NCBI RefSeq assembly: GCF_009914755.1 | Contig: NC_060929.1 | DNA from: the human T2T-CHM13v2.0 reference genome, Homo sapiens | DNA length: 64,000 bases | Reading direction: 5' to 3' (one strand) | Shown: positions 43,030-57,993 of the stretch, in pieces | How positions within the stretch are numbered: the stretch's first letter is position 1 | Layout: each line of letters opens with the position of its first letter | The notes under the pieces: model-generated | What the model was told of the DNA's origin: nothing | The model's input: the letters and a program-made list of their open reading frames with translations, nothing else | Databases searched by the model: none | Program-made: the position numbers and the translations under genes

Positions 43030-43819
43030 ATAGATGAAACAACAGAAGAGAACATCTTATTAAATTACAATAAACTCTTCAGACAATTCTGAGAATACAT
43101 ATATCTCTGACTCTTTAATTTCTAGTATTGATAATGGAAATGATGAAACTTCCAATAGTTTACTTTTAAAGAGGAGAAAAAGCTGGGAAAGCTTAAGTGA
43201 AAATGGTAAACCATAAAATCTGTCAGATGAAAAGCATAATAATCTAACCATTGAAATATTTTCAAGTTTGGGATCAAAATATGTATCTGGCAGCACAGGG
43301 TTATGATTGTTGAAATAAAGAAACTATCTTCTAGATACTTCAAAATCACCTTACTTTCAGAAGTTAAAATATAGTGGAATTTTTATCAAATAATACTCCA
43401 TGTACCAAAGATGGAATGACTACATTGTCATTTGTTGATGTGCACATCAGCCAGATAGCTAGTTAAGCAAAAATAGTATACACAAATCGAACTTTGTGGC
43501 TCCTTTGTAAATGCAAGGCAATAAACCATATGAGAGAATTTCAATTGTTTTTGGAGACAGAGAGAAATAAAACATATTTCTAGGTAGATACAGTTGATTC
43601 CTAAAATTATACTGTTCTGAATATGTACGGGGAGAGATACTCTTTACAGAAAGGGACCATTGATGAAGGCTGTTGTGCATTTTCAGAATTCATCTTAGTT
43701 CTACTGAAGTGCAAAGTAGAGACAAATTGAAAATTGGTCATAGAAACAATGAAAGCTCAATTTAAACAAAGTATAAAACTTAGAGAAATGCATGGATCTG
43801 AGGTAGAAGGAAGGGTTAA
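43030..43819 (+). mobile_element. Putative decayed piggyBac-like transposon (transposase N-terminal half plus right terminus)
   Basis: Colinear piggyBac-like peptide remnants with stops and frameshifts, ending in AAGGG|TTAA (see findings). Confidence 0.55.
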
Positions 43820-44566
43820 CACATCCAAGGAGAGACAGAATAAAAGCTCTTACTATTCTGAAACTCACATAGGCTTTATAAATATTTTTTCCAGAAAGGA
43901 TTAAAACCTATCCCACTGTGGATTTAAATCCAGTGAAATCTGAATGACCATCCTCTAATCAGAAATGAAGTATTTGGGAAGACATGTTCAAAAGGTCATA
44001 AGGCCTGTATGGCCACTTATCTTGGAGAAATTGCTATTTGCATAGGTGTCTTCTTACAAGCTATTTAAAGTTATAAAAAAGAAACTGAATAATGTATTCC
44101 ATACTCATATCCAGACAAGAGGTCTAAAGTTCACTCTTGAGCCAAATATTTCCATATACTAACTTTAAGGTTTTAAAATGATTCGACTTTTCAATTTTAT
44201 TATTAAAACCTACATAAAATTTTGAGACTTTTTCCTCATATTCTCTTATTTCAAATATGTATGTTTTAGGTATTTTAGACGTAAGTATTGGCTCCTTTGT
44301 GTACTTTAGTTTGTTTATCCAAAAAATAGGAATAATAATCGTATCATAGAAAAGTTACATAAAATATTAGTGTCATAGAATAGTTTTGAGAACTAAATGA
44401 GTGAATATATATATATTATATTATATATATAATATAATATATATATATACACACACATGTTGGCATTTGGTGAGGTCCTCAATAAATTTTGATCACAGAA
44501 TATTGCATCAACCAAATTACTTTATAAGTTAATTTGAAATAGCATAACCTTATGCCAAGTACTTCA

Positions 44567-44568
<2 letters not shown>

Positions 44569-44605
<37 letters not shown>
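44569..44605 (+). repeat. (AC)18 microsatellite
   Basis: Directly visible. Confidence 0.97.
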
Positions 44606-44607
<2 letters not shown>

Positions 44608-45479
44608 TATGCAAAATATTTGAACGTATTCAGACTTCTGTGGGCAATACAATAAACAAAACCATCTCCCCACATAACAATGGGACATTTAGAGCCCTTC
44701 CCAGTATTTCTGGGAAATACCTCCAAAGGGACAGGTGCTTCACCAACCCTAATTATTTGTCACAGCTTCCTCTGCACAGTTGTTCCAATTCCACAGCAAT
44801 CATTGCTTTCACTCTGCCCCTGCTACCTTTCTTCCCTGTTTTGTCTCTAGGAGGAACACAGCCCTTCTCTTCCCAGCTTGAGGCAAAATTGTTACAATGC
44901 TGTTGTGATTACAGAAAGTTTAAAGAAAGGGTTGAGGGGAGAAAAGAAACAGACAAATCTTTAAAACTGGTTACTAGAACTCATTCATTCTAAAGAGGCT
45001 TTAACCAGGCCATCTTTGCTACAGGGACAATTGGTAGTCCCTCTTCCTAAGCCCTGTCTGCTGCCATGTGGCTCTATCCCTGCAGAACTTTCTTATATCT
45101 ATTCACTTACCAGAGTCCTCCAAAGTACTGCCGCTCCCCAAACTTCATCTCTTGAGCAGTCAGGGGACAAGTTTAAAAATCCTAATACTTTATTATGCAA
45201 AAGAGTTTACCTTCCTTGTGATTTAACAAAGGCTAATAGGGATCCCCAACAAGCCTCCATTCATAATTAAAATGTCTTCCTAAACAAAAAATCCACTTTC
45301 TGTCATAGAGTGCAAAAGTATCTAGAGTTTACAATATAACATTGTTATCCAACTGTGAGGATAGCTATAAATATAGATAATTGACTATAAATATGTTACA
45401 GTTTCTCTCCAGTAGGCACATGGTGTAACAGGTACATTAGTACATAAGTGATGCCTACAGTTACATTTGTGTGGCTCCA

Positions 45480-45725
45480 AGGTTTAGTGTCCAAAGTAAG
45501 GAATTTGGAATCAGAAGAACTGAAGTATATCTAGGATTCACCATTACTAGTTGTGCAATCTTGGCTAACTCACCTAATCTGTCTAAGGCTCATAAAATGA
45601 GGATAAATATAACTGCCTTTCCTACCTGTAAGTTTTTATAAAGGAAAAAAACAAGAAAATGTTGTAATAGTATATGGAAACTTAAAAGCATTTTGCAATT
45701 CTAAATTATTATTGTTATTCTTATT
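45480..45725 (+). mobile_element. MIR
   Basis: tttggaatcagaagaactg...ccattactagttgtgcaatcttggctaactcacctaatct...ataaaatgaggataa. Confidence 0.7.
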
Positions 45726-46099
45726 AGTCACATTAACACATATATTAGACTTTAATTCCATTCGAATCTGGTATAATAAATAATCTAACATTTCATCTAA
45801 TCAGTCTTTGCTATAATTATTCCTCACAAATAATGAATTATGAATGATGGCTGTAACAGAAATTACACACACACACACACACAATCAGATCCACCTTAAT
45901 ATGAATTTAGTATTTAAAGGCTATCTTAAACTGTAATCAAAAGAAGTTGTGAAAAGACATAGATTCAAAACACTTAGTACACTATTAATAGGAAAAAATA
46001 GAGTTGCCACAGAAACAGCTAATGGAGCAACAGTCAGCAGCTTCCATATATAATTTTACTACTTATCACTACTGTGGTATATTTTAATGAGAACCATCT

Positions 46100-46900
46100 T
46101 GGGGAGAAAAAATAAGGTGATCCCCAGGGCATTGGTGGAAAGGGAAGTCAAGCTGAGATGAGGACTCAGAAATATGTGCCCACAAATACATGCAGTAACA
46201 CTTGTTGCTTGTTTAGATGTTGGGAGGGATGATGAGTCTGGAGCTGAGGAAGGTTCCCAGGGCTCTGCCTTAGGCAACTGGATAGCTGAGGCAGTAAATA
46301 TAATAGAAAATATTTAGGATATGTAGCAGTATGTTTAAAGATGAGGAAGAATAATGGATGCATCTAGTTTGGGAAATATTGTGTAGATGTTATGAATGTC
46401 CAGCAAGCACTTGGTTAGAGTTCTGTGACTAAAAGTAGAAATGGGAACTAAATATGGAAATTGAGAGATAATCAAATAGAAGATAGTTAAGACATGAAAG
46501 GAGATATCTTATGATCTTTCAGGTGTCTTCATACCTTAAAATATTACATGGGCCAATGACTGAATCTTGGGGAACAGCATTGTTTAAGGAACATGCAGTC
46601 TCAGAAGGAAATAGCAATAACTACTAGAAAGAAAAATATAAATACTAGAATTGTCAAAAGAGATATACATGGACGGGAGTGACAGAAAGGACTGGATGGT
46701 CTAGTTCATAAACTAAGGTAAAAAGGAGAAATAGAAGAGAGATTAGCTAAATTGCAATTGAGCCTATAGAGGGAGGAGGCAATTGACTAACCCTCTGAGG
46801 CAATAGAGGTGTTGGTCTTGAATAGAAGAAACAGCTTTACCCTCTCAGATTTGAAAAAGGAAAGACAAAATAAAATGAGGATATAGGTGCATATTACTTT
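46100..46900 (-). mobile_element. L2 fragments
   Basis: gaaggttcccagggctctgccttaggcaactgg...ctagtttgggaaatattg...aatgactgaatcttggggaac. Confidence 0.6.
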
Positions 46901-46959
46901 GGGGACATCAGACAGAATAGGAACCTAAAAAGTTCAGTCAGAAAAATTTAAATTCCTGT

Positions 46960-48760
46960 TTTAACTGTATTATTATTGGGCATAGAATTCTGGGTTACTG
47001 GGTTTTGTTTTTCTTTCAATACTTTAAAGATGTCATTCCTTTTTCTTCTTGCTCACAACATTTCTGAGGAGAAATTTGCTGTAATTCTTATCCTTACTTC
47101 TCTTTAGGTAATTTATCATTCCCTCCCTCTGGTTGCCTTTAAGGTTTTCTCTATGTTGTTGATTTTTAGCAATTTCAATATAACATGACTCTGCACGTGT
47201 GTGTTTATTTTGGTATATATCTTGCTTGATATACTTGGAGATTTTGAGTCTGTGATTTGGTGTCCATCATCAATTTTGGAAATTTTTTCAGCGATTTTTT
47301 TCTTCAAACATTTCTTCTGCCTCTTTTTCTCTTTCCTCTCCTTCTGTCATTTCAATTATGGATATGTCATGCCACTTAATATTGTACCAGAGTTCTTGGA
47401 TGCTCTGTTATGTTCTTTCTTTCTCCCTTTTATTTCCACTCTTTTTTCTGTTTGGGTAATTTCTACTGACTTATTTTCAAGTCCAGTGATTATTTCCTTA
47501 GCTGTCTCACGTCTACTAACAAGCCCAAAGACATTTTTTAATCTCTTTGACTATGTTTTTAATTTCTAGCATTTCCATTTGATTTTTCTTAGTTTCCATA
47601 TCTCCTCTGAAATTACCTATCTGATCTCACATGTGGTCAACCTTTTCCTTTAGAACCTTTAAAATATTAATCATAGTTACTTTAAATTCCTTGTGTGATA
47701 ATTTTTATATGTGTCCCATATATCACATGTTTATGTGTATTATCTCTTCGGAGTGCTTTCTCTTGCCTTTTCATATGGTCATAATATTTTGCTGAAAGCC
47801 GGATATCTTGTGTAGGACAGTAGATACTGAGATAGATACTTTTGGATTCTTAAAGAGGAATAGATTGTGAAATGGCTTGCCAGTTGTTATTTTCTTAATA
47901 TTTGCTCCCCCTTTAGCTTTGGGTCTTCCCTTAATGCTGGGCCCTAAAGAGAATGTGTCTCTTGAATTTCTTCCATATTCAACCATATTCCCATATTATT
48001 TTTACTCAACACTTGTTAGGCTGTTGGTAGCAGGCCAGGGAGGAAGGGCATTCCTTGATGTTCTGATTAAGACTCAGTCTTAGGTAGGTAATGTGTACCT
48101 CTGTATCAGCAATGTGGCCTTCACAAGTGCTCCTGCAACTTTCTCCAATTGTTGTGCAAATCCTAGCATATATTCCATACCCCACCCCTGGGGATAGAGC
48201 ATTACTTTTTTCTCTTCCCCTCACCACGATCATTCTTCCTACTGCCACCATCACCAATGGGTTTCCTCCAGTTCCCTAAGACAATGATTTTTGCTATTCT
48301 CTTTGCCAATTAACTCTTTTGTTCCACTGGGAAATGGTTGTGGGTTTGAAGGTGGCTGCTGTTCTCCCCAGTCTTTCCTGTGAGTGCCTGGTGGGGTTTG
48401 TGGAGGAAAAGCCTGCTATAGGATGCACTCCCTATATCTGCCACCTCCAGTGTGTCACATTTTCATGCTAGCCCATACTCAGCCTTAGCAATTCATTAAA
48501 ATGTTTAGCTGAATCATCTTGCTGGTTTACATGACATCTGGTGGTGTCTACCCAAGGAAAAACAAATGATGCCATCCTCTTTCTTCTTGCAGGTGCCTGT
48601 CTCTTTCCAGATTTGGAGTTGTTTGGTTGCCCTACGACCTAAATTTGCTGGTGCTTTTTTTTAAATTAATGAATAGGTAGTTTGTATAGATTTTTCCTTA
48701 TGGTAAGAATGAGAACGACACTCTGAAGCTCTCTGCATCTCTGAGCTTAAATCAGAAGCT
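46960..48760 (-). mobile_element. Old L1M 5' region (ORF1 and 5'UTR)
   Basis: ORF 47116-47307 (IAEKISK...SHVILKLLK...EKTLKATR) resembles L1 ORF1p. Confidence 0.75.
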
Positions 48761-51700
48761 AGAGAGTTTACTCTGGAATTTCTTAATTTACCAAAATAAA
48801 GAACTTGAGATTATTTACTGTGAGTTATAGAAATGATAAGGGTTTGGTGAGGATGATGATTGTTTGGATTCATTGATTTTTCCATGTCTTTAAATATTTT
48901 TATTAGAATGGGGGTACTCTTGGCTGATAACTGATCCCAGTATTTTCTAAAGTCTTAAATGAAAACATCTGGGAGTGTGAGACACGAAATGTTATTTTAA
49001 AAGAAAAGGTGTTATTCCAGCTTTGAGGAAAGATTGCTCTTTTAGTTTGACAAAAGACTGGTTAAGGTCTGTGTCTGGAACATAGATGTTCCAGTCTAAA
49101 TGCCTTTGCATAACGCTGTAAAAGGAGTTTTTTGTTGTGGGCAGAGTTGTATCTTTGTAAATTATTATGTTTACTTGAACTTGGAATAAGGCGTTTCTCC
49201 TGGCTTTCCTGGAGTAAAGGGCCTGGAAACCATGTAGGATATAAGAAGAAAGACATTTCACTGTGGGAAGATAAGCAAAGCAACAGGGGGTAGGTCAGTA
49301 ACTAAGCAGAAAGGACTGGGTTTGTCCTGTAATGCCAGAAATGATTATTTTTTTATATTCAGTCCTATAGTTTTCTTTCTACACTATGATTTTTTCCCAT
49401 TATGTCCAGGACTCAGTAAAGTTCGGTTGCATGTTACCGCCTGGAACTGGTTATAATTCAGGAAAGTGAGGAAGAAACAACACTGTCCACATTTGGCACA
49501 ACAATTCAGAGGTCTCTGTTAATGGAAAAACAGACAGGCTTGGTGGGACAACAGGTGAAATGCAGGGGTCAAAATGGTAGTTTTCAGAAGAGAGCTGGTC
49601 GCTGGTCAAAGCTGCTGTCATTGGAATACAAAGCAAAAGGATTCAGATTTCTTCAAAGCACAACCATTCAAAATATTACAGCTCTTATCAGCAACATATA
49701 TGGGTAAATTAAGAAAATTAATGTTTAAAGCAGCAAAAAATTTAAATAATTAATTCTCTGAGGTCCCAGTAAAATGAGGTTATTTTCAATTCCATCAATT
49801 CTTAGAGGCAATGAATGTCCGACAAACAGAGGCAGTGATTTTGCATACTTGGCAGAGATTCTTTGAACTCAATTTATTAATCAGGATCCTGTTTATACTT
49901 TGGGTGGAAAGGATAGTCATTTGTTAGGTTAAGAAGAACCTATTCTTTGACTGCAAAGTTCATAATGTGAAAAATTATTATTGAGCCTGTTCTAAGAAGT
50001 ACACAATCTTGAAAATACATTGTCATAGCTTTGGAGTTGAAAGAAATCTTTTCGTTTATTTAATCTACTCCTCTCATGTTACACATGAGTGATATAGACA
50101 CCGGTGAGGTCATTCACCCAAAGTCATGTAACGGTAAGAATTTGTAAAGCTAAGCCACAAGATAATTTAATGAATGACGTGTATTACTGTAATGAAAGTA
50201 TACAACTTTAGTTTTAAATGAGCAGATGCCAATTAACATATATGTTCATCTTCCTCATGAATGTCTACATATGCACAAATTATATACACATTTATAAATA
50301 TAATAGTGAGAAGTTAAAGATTATAAACTAAAATGTTTAAATGTTTTATAATTCAGAGTATGATACTAACAATACAAATTTAAAGAACCATAAATATTTC
50401 ATCAGATTGTTAAAAGATCTTGAAATAAGACCATTTTATAATTTCCTCAAAAAATACTGTCCCAGTGCTAGAAAACCCTGTCAGAAAGTTTTAACTTACG
50501 TCTATTCTGAGTCACTTTTACCAACATCTAATTGCATTTTATGGTGGTTGTTTTCAATTCTCCCTTCCTGCATTAGGACATTTTCAGCATTGTTTCAGGA
50601 AATCAAAACATGTAAATGCTTTCCAAATAGACAACAATACTACCCACTCAAGGATATGGTCTTCTTTGACTACTTGCCAATTATTTCATTTATGTTGGGT
50701 GAGGAATGCATGTTCTGAATCCCTGCATGAGCACTTGCAAAGAAAAAAAAACAATTGGAAACTTTTACTTTTTCAGCCCTTATATGCAGACATACTGGAG
50801 ATCTCTCATCTTTTCCTCCAATCCCTTGTTTATTTTGAGACTACTGTTTCTGAGCAATGTCTAGGTCTCTTGGTATGTTCAAATAGAACCCTGCTGGCAA
50901 ATCAATGCTATATAATGACCTCTTCTAGAAAAATAAAAGTTGGACATTTAATAATATTTTTAAGGACATACAATAAGCAGAGATGATGACATTTAAAGCT
51001 TGTTGTTTCTTGTTTTAAATTAATTTATAGAAAGGATTGTTTAGGTTGTGGTACTGTGGTGTTATCATTTGTTTTCAGTAATTTTAATACATTTATCTAA
51101 AAGCCAATATGATTTCATAAGCAAGATCCTCTGAAAATCTTAAAGCCCAACCTGGAAGTGAATTGGTGGTGTGTTAACTCTCTGAACTGCTGGGGTACCA
51201 TTTGGTATACAGTTCCGTGGGATGTAACTGTCATAGTTTGGTCAAATAGTTGGTGAGGGCTTAACAAATATCGTAGATTGTATTAAATTCAGGATGTTGA
51301 GGGCTGCAAGTACAGTCAAATCCTTCTCACGGAAGCAATATTGCCAAAACAGAAGTCCAGACTACCTGAGTAGGAAGAATGGCAGTGGGAGGGGAATATT
51401 ACCATAAAAGAGTTATAAGCTAAATGTCTTATTCTCAGTTCTTATGCTATAAGTAGGGCGGTATCCCTACCCCCATGTGTGTGGCGTATGACATATCCTG
51501 GGTAATAGGAAGAACAAGAAAGCAGGGTCAGGGTCTCTCTAACTATATACCAACGAACCATTCTTGGCCTTGCTGTCATGGCTTTTAATTTGCACAAGTT
51601 AGGGAAACTTGTGAACTGACAAGAGTGACATTTTTCAACAATAAAAGTAAAGTTGTTATCTGCTTATTGATGGACTAATTCCATTTAGGAAAGCTTTAAG

Positions 51701-53439
51701 ACTTAAAGGTTTTGGCGCAGAAGTATTGAACACAATTGATTATTGTATAGCATTTTTAAAATGATTTCTGCTTGATGATTTGGTTTGGATTTTTTGTTTG
51801 CTTTATTTTTTAATGTGATTTCAATGCTGTTTTTCTCATTTTACCCTTGAAAAAAATTATGCAAGCTATTGGAAGCATTTGATAATAAAACTAATTACTT
51901 ATGGTTCTCTTACTCCCACTTCTTCTACCAAGACATAGATGCACAGATGCAAAGCCAGAACTATAACTCAGGGACAATTCCAGTTCTGCCCTTGAAAGTG
52001 CTGACCATGGGAAACAATGTAAACACACTAATAATTTTAATTGAAGTCAATTTTTTAGTTTTCAAAACATTTGCCATTTCAATAGTGAAAAAAAGCTAAA
52101 CAAAATTTTAAAAGAAAATTACCTTCAGTTAAAAATAAGCAGCCATTATAAACATTTTTCTAGAGCAAATACTACTGATAGAAAACTCCACCAGTTATGC
52201 TTTTCTTCAAAATTTCACTTTGTTATAGAGAGATTTTGTCTGTAAGAATAATTTTTTAATATTCATTAACAATGCAACAAGATTTCTCTCCATTTTTTTG
52301 TATCTGTGGTGTTTACACTGGTAAGTACAATATATGCAATTATTTCTTGGACGTAATCATTTGTAATTCAACTTCAACTTGAAATTGTCCAAAAATGAAA
52401 TAGCAAACACATCACAGTACAGAAAAAAGTGGAACTTTTTCCAAGATGACAATTTAATGATTGGCTTTGGCCACTAAAACAGTCATGTGACATGTGATTG
52501 ATTTAAAGCAAATGGTTGCTGATCAGTCGCTGTTCTTTCAGACCTTTCCTGTCATTCTCACATTTATTTATACTCTTGGCTATTCTTATACTATTGTTGA
52601 TTATCTGAGAAAAATTCTTTTTATCTACTCTGAAATAATCTATGTTTCTGCAACAATGAGCATAATTGTCAATTATAGCACATTATTCACAGCTCAAAAT
52701 ATCCCTACTAAACAGGGTGCCCACAACGTGATGAAGTGCAAATACAGAGAGACTTCAGAGAGATACAGAACTTCAGCCTTCCTAAAAAGAATTAAAGATT
52801 AAAATGGGATACAGTTAGGTGATCAGGGTTAGGGAGACAGGGTGGTGAAATAATTTTAACAAATTGTAAAAATTATAAATTTAGTTATCAGATATGCTCT
52901 ATGAGGGTAGAGAGAACATGTATCTTACATTGGATACTCAGAGCCTAACACACAGTAGCCATTCAGTAAATATTTGTAGAACTTTGTAAAGAAGGAGAAC
53001 AAGCTGGAAGGCAGGTATAAGGACCAAAGGAGTGAAATCTCTAAAACTACAACTTCTCATATCAATTTGTTGTGAATAAAGACACAAGCAGGAACTTGGT
53101 TTTGTTTTGTATTTTGTGCTTTTCAAAGGATTTTACCTACAGCATCTCCCGTGACCTTCTTGGACCCTGCTGAGTGAATACCAGTGAAAAAAATCAGTTT
53201 ATACATCCTTAACTTTATTAGGATTCTAAGCTGCAACAGCTTTGTCAATCTCGTAGCTTAGGTGGGGTTGAATATAGTAGAGAATTGAAGCCCATCTAGG
53301 AAGGAATTTGTTATTTTTACTTTAACCATACAAATAAAAAATACTCTATCTTACAGGGTAATTGTGAGGAAAAATGAATGCAGATAGCTCTGAAGTGCCA
53401 TAACAAAATGTACCATCTTTTCTAAATTTATTTTTTGGC

Positions 53440-54600
53440 TGCCCACTCCAGGAAGACACTAAAAAATGCAGATAAAATGGCATAAATAACTCACCCTGGG
53501 TCATTAGGTGAGTGACTGCTTCTAAAAACTCAGCAATGTAAAGGTACAGATGGAAAAAAATATATATTTTCTTAAGAATAAAATCACTTTAGTTTACCAA
53601 GTTTGTACAATTTTTTAAAGTCTTCCATGAAAATAAGCAATATTCTAGGGAGCCTACTGGGAAAAATTTCACCAGATGGGCTCCTAGCCCCCAGACTCAA
53701 AACTGACAGCCTATTTAGGTGGGCTTTAAATTCATTATGAAAGAATGTGCCAGATACCCTATGTCTTCCAAACACCAAGGAGTTGCTTCCAGTTTTGAAT
53801 GAACACTGAACAACAATTCTATCAAAAAAGAACAAGGAACATCAAAGACATCTGGTGAGTGACAAATTTATCCAAAAGTAGAACATCCATAAGAATCCTA
53901 AGTCAAATAAAGGGCAATTTCATCAAGAAAATTAACAAATCCAATTAAGTAGATGACATCTTGAATATCTTCAAACTGGTAGGAAGAAAATGATTCAGTG
54001 TACTAGAAAATTGGGAATTTAATGCAAAAGACTACAAGAAAGTTTAGAATTTAATACACAAGAAAATTTATTAATGAATAAGAATTAAAATTTATCTAGT
54101 TTATTCTCCAGATGAGAAGATTTATAAAACTTCATGAGTTTGGAGAATAACAGGGATATTATAAAGAAAAGAAAATGCTAAAATTTTTACTTTAACTCCT
54201 GATTTTAAAATATATAATTACAACAAAAATTTTTATATCCTGTTCTCTTGTCTGTACCTTTCCTTCCCTCCCCTGATTAGCTAAAAGCCAGTAAGAAAGC
54301 AGGCATTAGCAGAGGGAAGAAGGGTAACTGAGATAGTCAGTTCTGAAATATATAAACATCTGAAAAGTTAAATAGTAAATCCATTGATAGGACAAGATAC
54401 TTCAGAGACCTGTCATTGGATTAGATGTTAAGAAAGAACAATATAAAATAAGCAAACTAAGAATAGTGAAGAAAGGGGAAAATCATTTTCAGTAAAATTA
54501 AAATTAGCTTCTAGGTCTATGAAGTGATTATTAGACTTCAAAAATCATTGGTAAGAATGTCCCTAACATAAAATTTAGAAAATAAGAAATGAAGAGAAAG
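53440..54600 (+). mobile_element. Very old L1M/HAL1-like 5' fragment
   Basis: A-rich with aagacactaaaaaatgcagataaaat and gatattataaagaaaagaa, typical of old L1 5'/ORF1 remnants. Confidence 0.4.
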
Positions 54601-54730
54601 ATGTTGACCAGATCATTTTCAGTGTTACCAAATTGGGAAAACATACAGATTCCATTATACTAGTCACTACCCTTTGGGCTTAAACAAGACAGTGACTTAT
54701 TAAATCAATCATCCCTTAAGAATATCAAAT

Positions 54731-55208
<478 letters not shown>

Positions 55209-55216
55209 TCAAACTC

Positions 55217-55595
55217 TCTTATGGACCAAATGTTTGTGTCCCCCTGAAATACATTTGTTGAAGCCCTAACCCCCAATGTGATGGTTTTTGGAGGTGGGGT
55301 CTTTGGGAGGTAATTAGTGTTAGATGAATTCATGAAGGTGGGGCCCTAATGATGGGATTAGTGACCTTAAAAGAAGCAGCAGCAGAGATCTTGCTTTCTC
55401 TCTCTGCCATGTGAGGACCCAGGGAAAAAGTAGCTTTCGGCAAGCCATCAGCAAACCAGGACGAGAGAGCTTACCAGGAACAAAATTGGTTGGCATTTTG
55501 ATCTTGAACTTCCCAGCCTGCAGAATTGTGATAAAATACTTTTCTGTTTAAGCCACCTAGTCTATGGTATATTGTAGCCCAAGCTGATTAATATA
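55217..55595 (+). mobile_element. MaLR solo LTR (MLT1A-like)
   Basis: aatgtttgtgtcccc...ggaggtggggtctttgggaggtaatta...taagccacctagtctatggtat. Confidence 0.85.
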
Positions 55596-57862
55596 CTCTG
55601 TTTGCCCTGATGCCTTGATTTTATATTTATTTGGGAACTGGTCTTTGATTCAACTTACGAATGAGCACAACATGGTATAGAATCATAGAAATTCATAACT
55701 GGTAGGAAACAGAACACTCACATAGTTTAACCACCCATCTTATGCCTGAATTGTTTGAGTTGAAGAGTGACTAAATGGTCTTCCAAGACACACTGGAACC
55801 CCTCTCATGAGAGGAACTCACTAAGTAAGGTGATCGTTTAAGGATGATCTTTTTTCTACCTCTTTTGTATGCCTTAAATTTTCACAATGAAAGATGCAAG
55901 ACCTACAAGAGAGGCATGTAGGGAGGAACAGAGACTGTTTTAAATTTCGAACATTTTCTTTGGATTTCCAAATGTCAGAATGCCAAAGATAAACATCCTC
56001 AGATTCTAAAGAGAACTAATTCTTTAAACTTTCTTCATCAAAACCAGGAAAAATCTACCTCTAAGTATACAATTTTGGATTATATTATGGCAAAAACGTA
56101 AGCGTTGGAGGGTTATATGCTCAGACCAGAGCAAAATAAAATTTTATAGCCCTAAAGTGACAACTTCTAACTAGGCAATAAGTCTGGCTCTTTTTTTCTG
56201 ATAAACATTAACTTCTGCTTAGAGTCATTTAATTAAGTGGAAGCATTTTCTTTATGCCAGTGGATTCTCAAGAAGCTAGGAAGCAGTGAAATGAGAGTTC
56301 TACTGTTTACATTTTGACAAATGTAGGCAACTCAGGTTCTCTTAATCTGGAAAGCTTGAGCCTTTCCACCAAGATAAAATTTTTTGCATTAAACAAATAC
56401 AAATAGGAAGTCTCCTAGCATCATTAAGTAGTCTCAGTTCCTTAAAGTCACCGCTCAGTTAATCATTTGCTTTTACAATGTTTTCCTCCAAGAATAGGGA
56501 AATGTTTAATGACATTTGTAATTATTCAAAATATCCTCCCTTTTGCCTTTACACATTTTTTTTTCAGATCTCATGTCTCTGAAATTCAATAACAGAAAAC
56601 ATTATATGAATAGTTTGCTTTCATATTTAATTTATAATAAGAAAACTCAGTAAGAGAAAGATGTGTTTGCAGTTTGGTAGTTTGTATGCAGGTCACCTCC
56701 TATTACAGTGAGTGACTTTGTATGATGATAAAAGGAATTCCAGGCTCAAATCCATGGCCCCTTCTTTTATGCAATAATCCATACAACCAAACACCAACCA
56801 GTAAAACACATAAATTTGAACAATTCCTCAGAGTTTGTTGAATTTACTTGGTTGGTTATTAAACACGGTATTCAGTCAAAGGATTGGCATATCTCTCAGC
56901 ATATCCTCATTTTTTAACAAACACAGTTGGGCATACTATACTTTATCTGCACATACTCATGCCTCACCCTTAAAAGCTGGATGGTAACTCCATAGAAAGA
57001 ATGAAAGATGGCCTTGGGCCACCACAATAGAATCACTGGTTATAACACAAAGTGTTCCCATACTAGAGAAATGTGTTTGCATTTGTGGTTTTTCTGATGC
57101 CTTCAAATTAATGTTCCTACGTCACAAGTACATCTGTTTGGATGCCTTATCCCCCTTGGGTAAATGAACAAAGGGATGTGTTCTTAGCGCTTGCTTGATG
57201 GAAATTAATAGTCTGCTTTCATCCTTTCCTTGTGTGGCTTTCTTTGAGTTGCTCTATTTGCTTTTTTCCATACACTAATATAAATTTAAAAAGTATCATG
57301 ACTGTGGTACCTTAAGAACACTACATAATTGGAAATAAGGTTTAACCTTCAGTAGAGCCCTGAGGATGTTCAATTTAAAATGTTTTTAAAAAAAGATTAA
57401 AAGAAGAAATTAGAGATATATGCCAGGGTAGAAAGCTCATAGAAGGGAAGAACTTTCAGAATGTGACTGGTTGAAGTAACTAATAACATAAGTATAATTT
57501 ATGCTTTTAGACTTGCCCAGAAGGTTTCATATTCAAGACATAAATTCCCTATATTTTGACTTTTAATCATATATTTTCTGCATGCACTCAAAAATTAGAG
57601 TGTTCAACATCAGGCTTGTAGACGTATATGAATGAATGGTAAGATATAAACTAGCTGAAAGAATTCTCATCAAATGCTAACAGGTCACACAGACAAACTA
57701 GTCTTTGTTTGTTAATAAGCTGTGTACAGTCAGAGAACTGAAAGTTGACTAAACGTTTCCCACAAGCCTAATCATGATAGCATAGCATTAAAATCCAAAA
57801 CCAAAACTAAAATGTTATATGTACATGTGTTTAGAAAATAGATGAAAACAAAAGTTACTTAC

Positions 57863-57904
57863 ACTTTTGCTCCGAGAAAGCAAATCACAGGTATTTCTTT
57901 TCAT
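57863..57904 (-). CDS. PDE4D: First coding segment of cAMP-specific phosphodiesterase 4D, long isoform PDE4D7 (MKRNTCDLLSRSKS, phase-0 donor)
   Basis: Reverse strand reads ACG ATG AAA AGA AAT ACC TGT GAT TTG CTT TCT CGG AGC AAA AGT/gtaagt. There is an in-frame TAA 12 nt upstream of the ATG and A at -3. The peptide matches the recalled PDE4D7 N-terminus (continues ASEETLHSS... in an exon outside the window). Confidence 0.95.
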
Positions 57905-57993
57905 CGTGGTGTTTTAAGTAATTAAAATGGGAACTAGTGTTTCCAGTGTCAATGATCTCACTGCACGTATCCACTCAAAAGCCAACTGGAATG
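57863..57993 (-). other. PDE4D: PDE4D7 131-nt exon (89 nt 5'UTR + 42 nt CDS)
   Basis: Acceptor catttccttccttttcttttcag/CATTCC at 57994/57993 and donor AGT/gtaagt at 57863/57862. Confidence 0.93.

Noticed and set aside
43034-43205. Acidic stretch as a live cassette exon (ag/ATG...G/gtaaac)
   Set aside because: No pyrimidine tract, in-frame stops and antisense to PDE4D. A transposon fossil explains it better.
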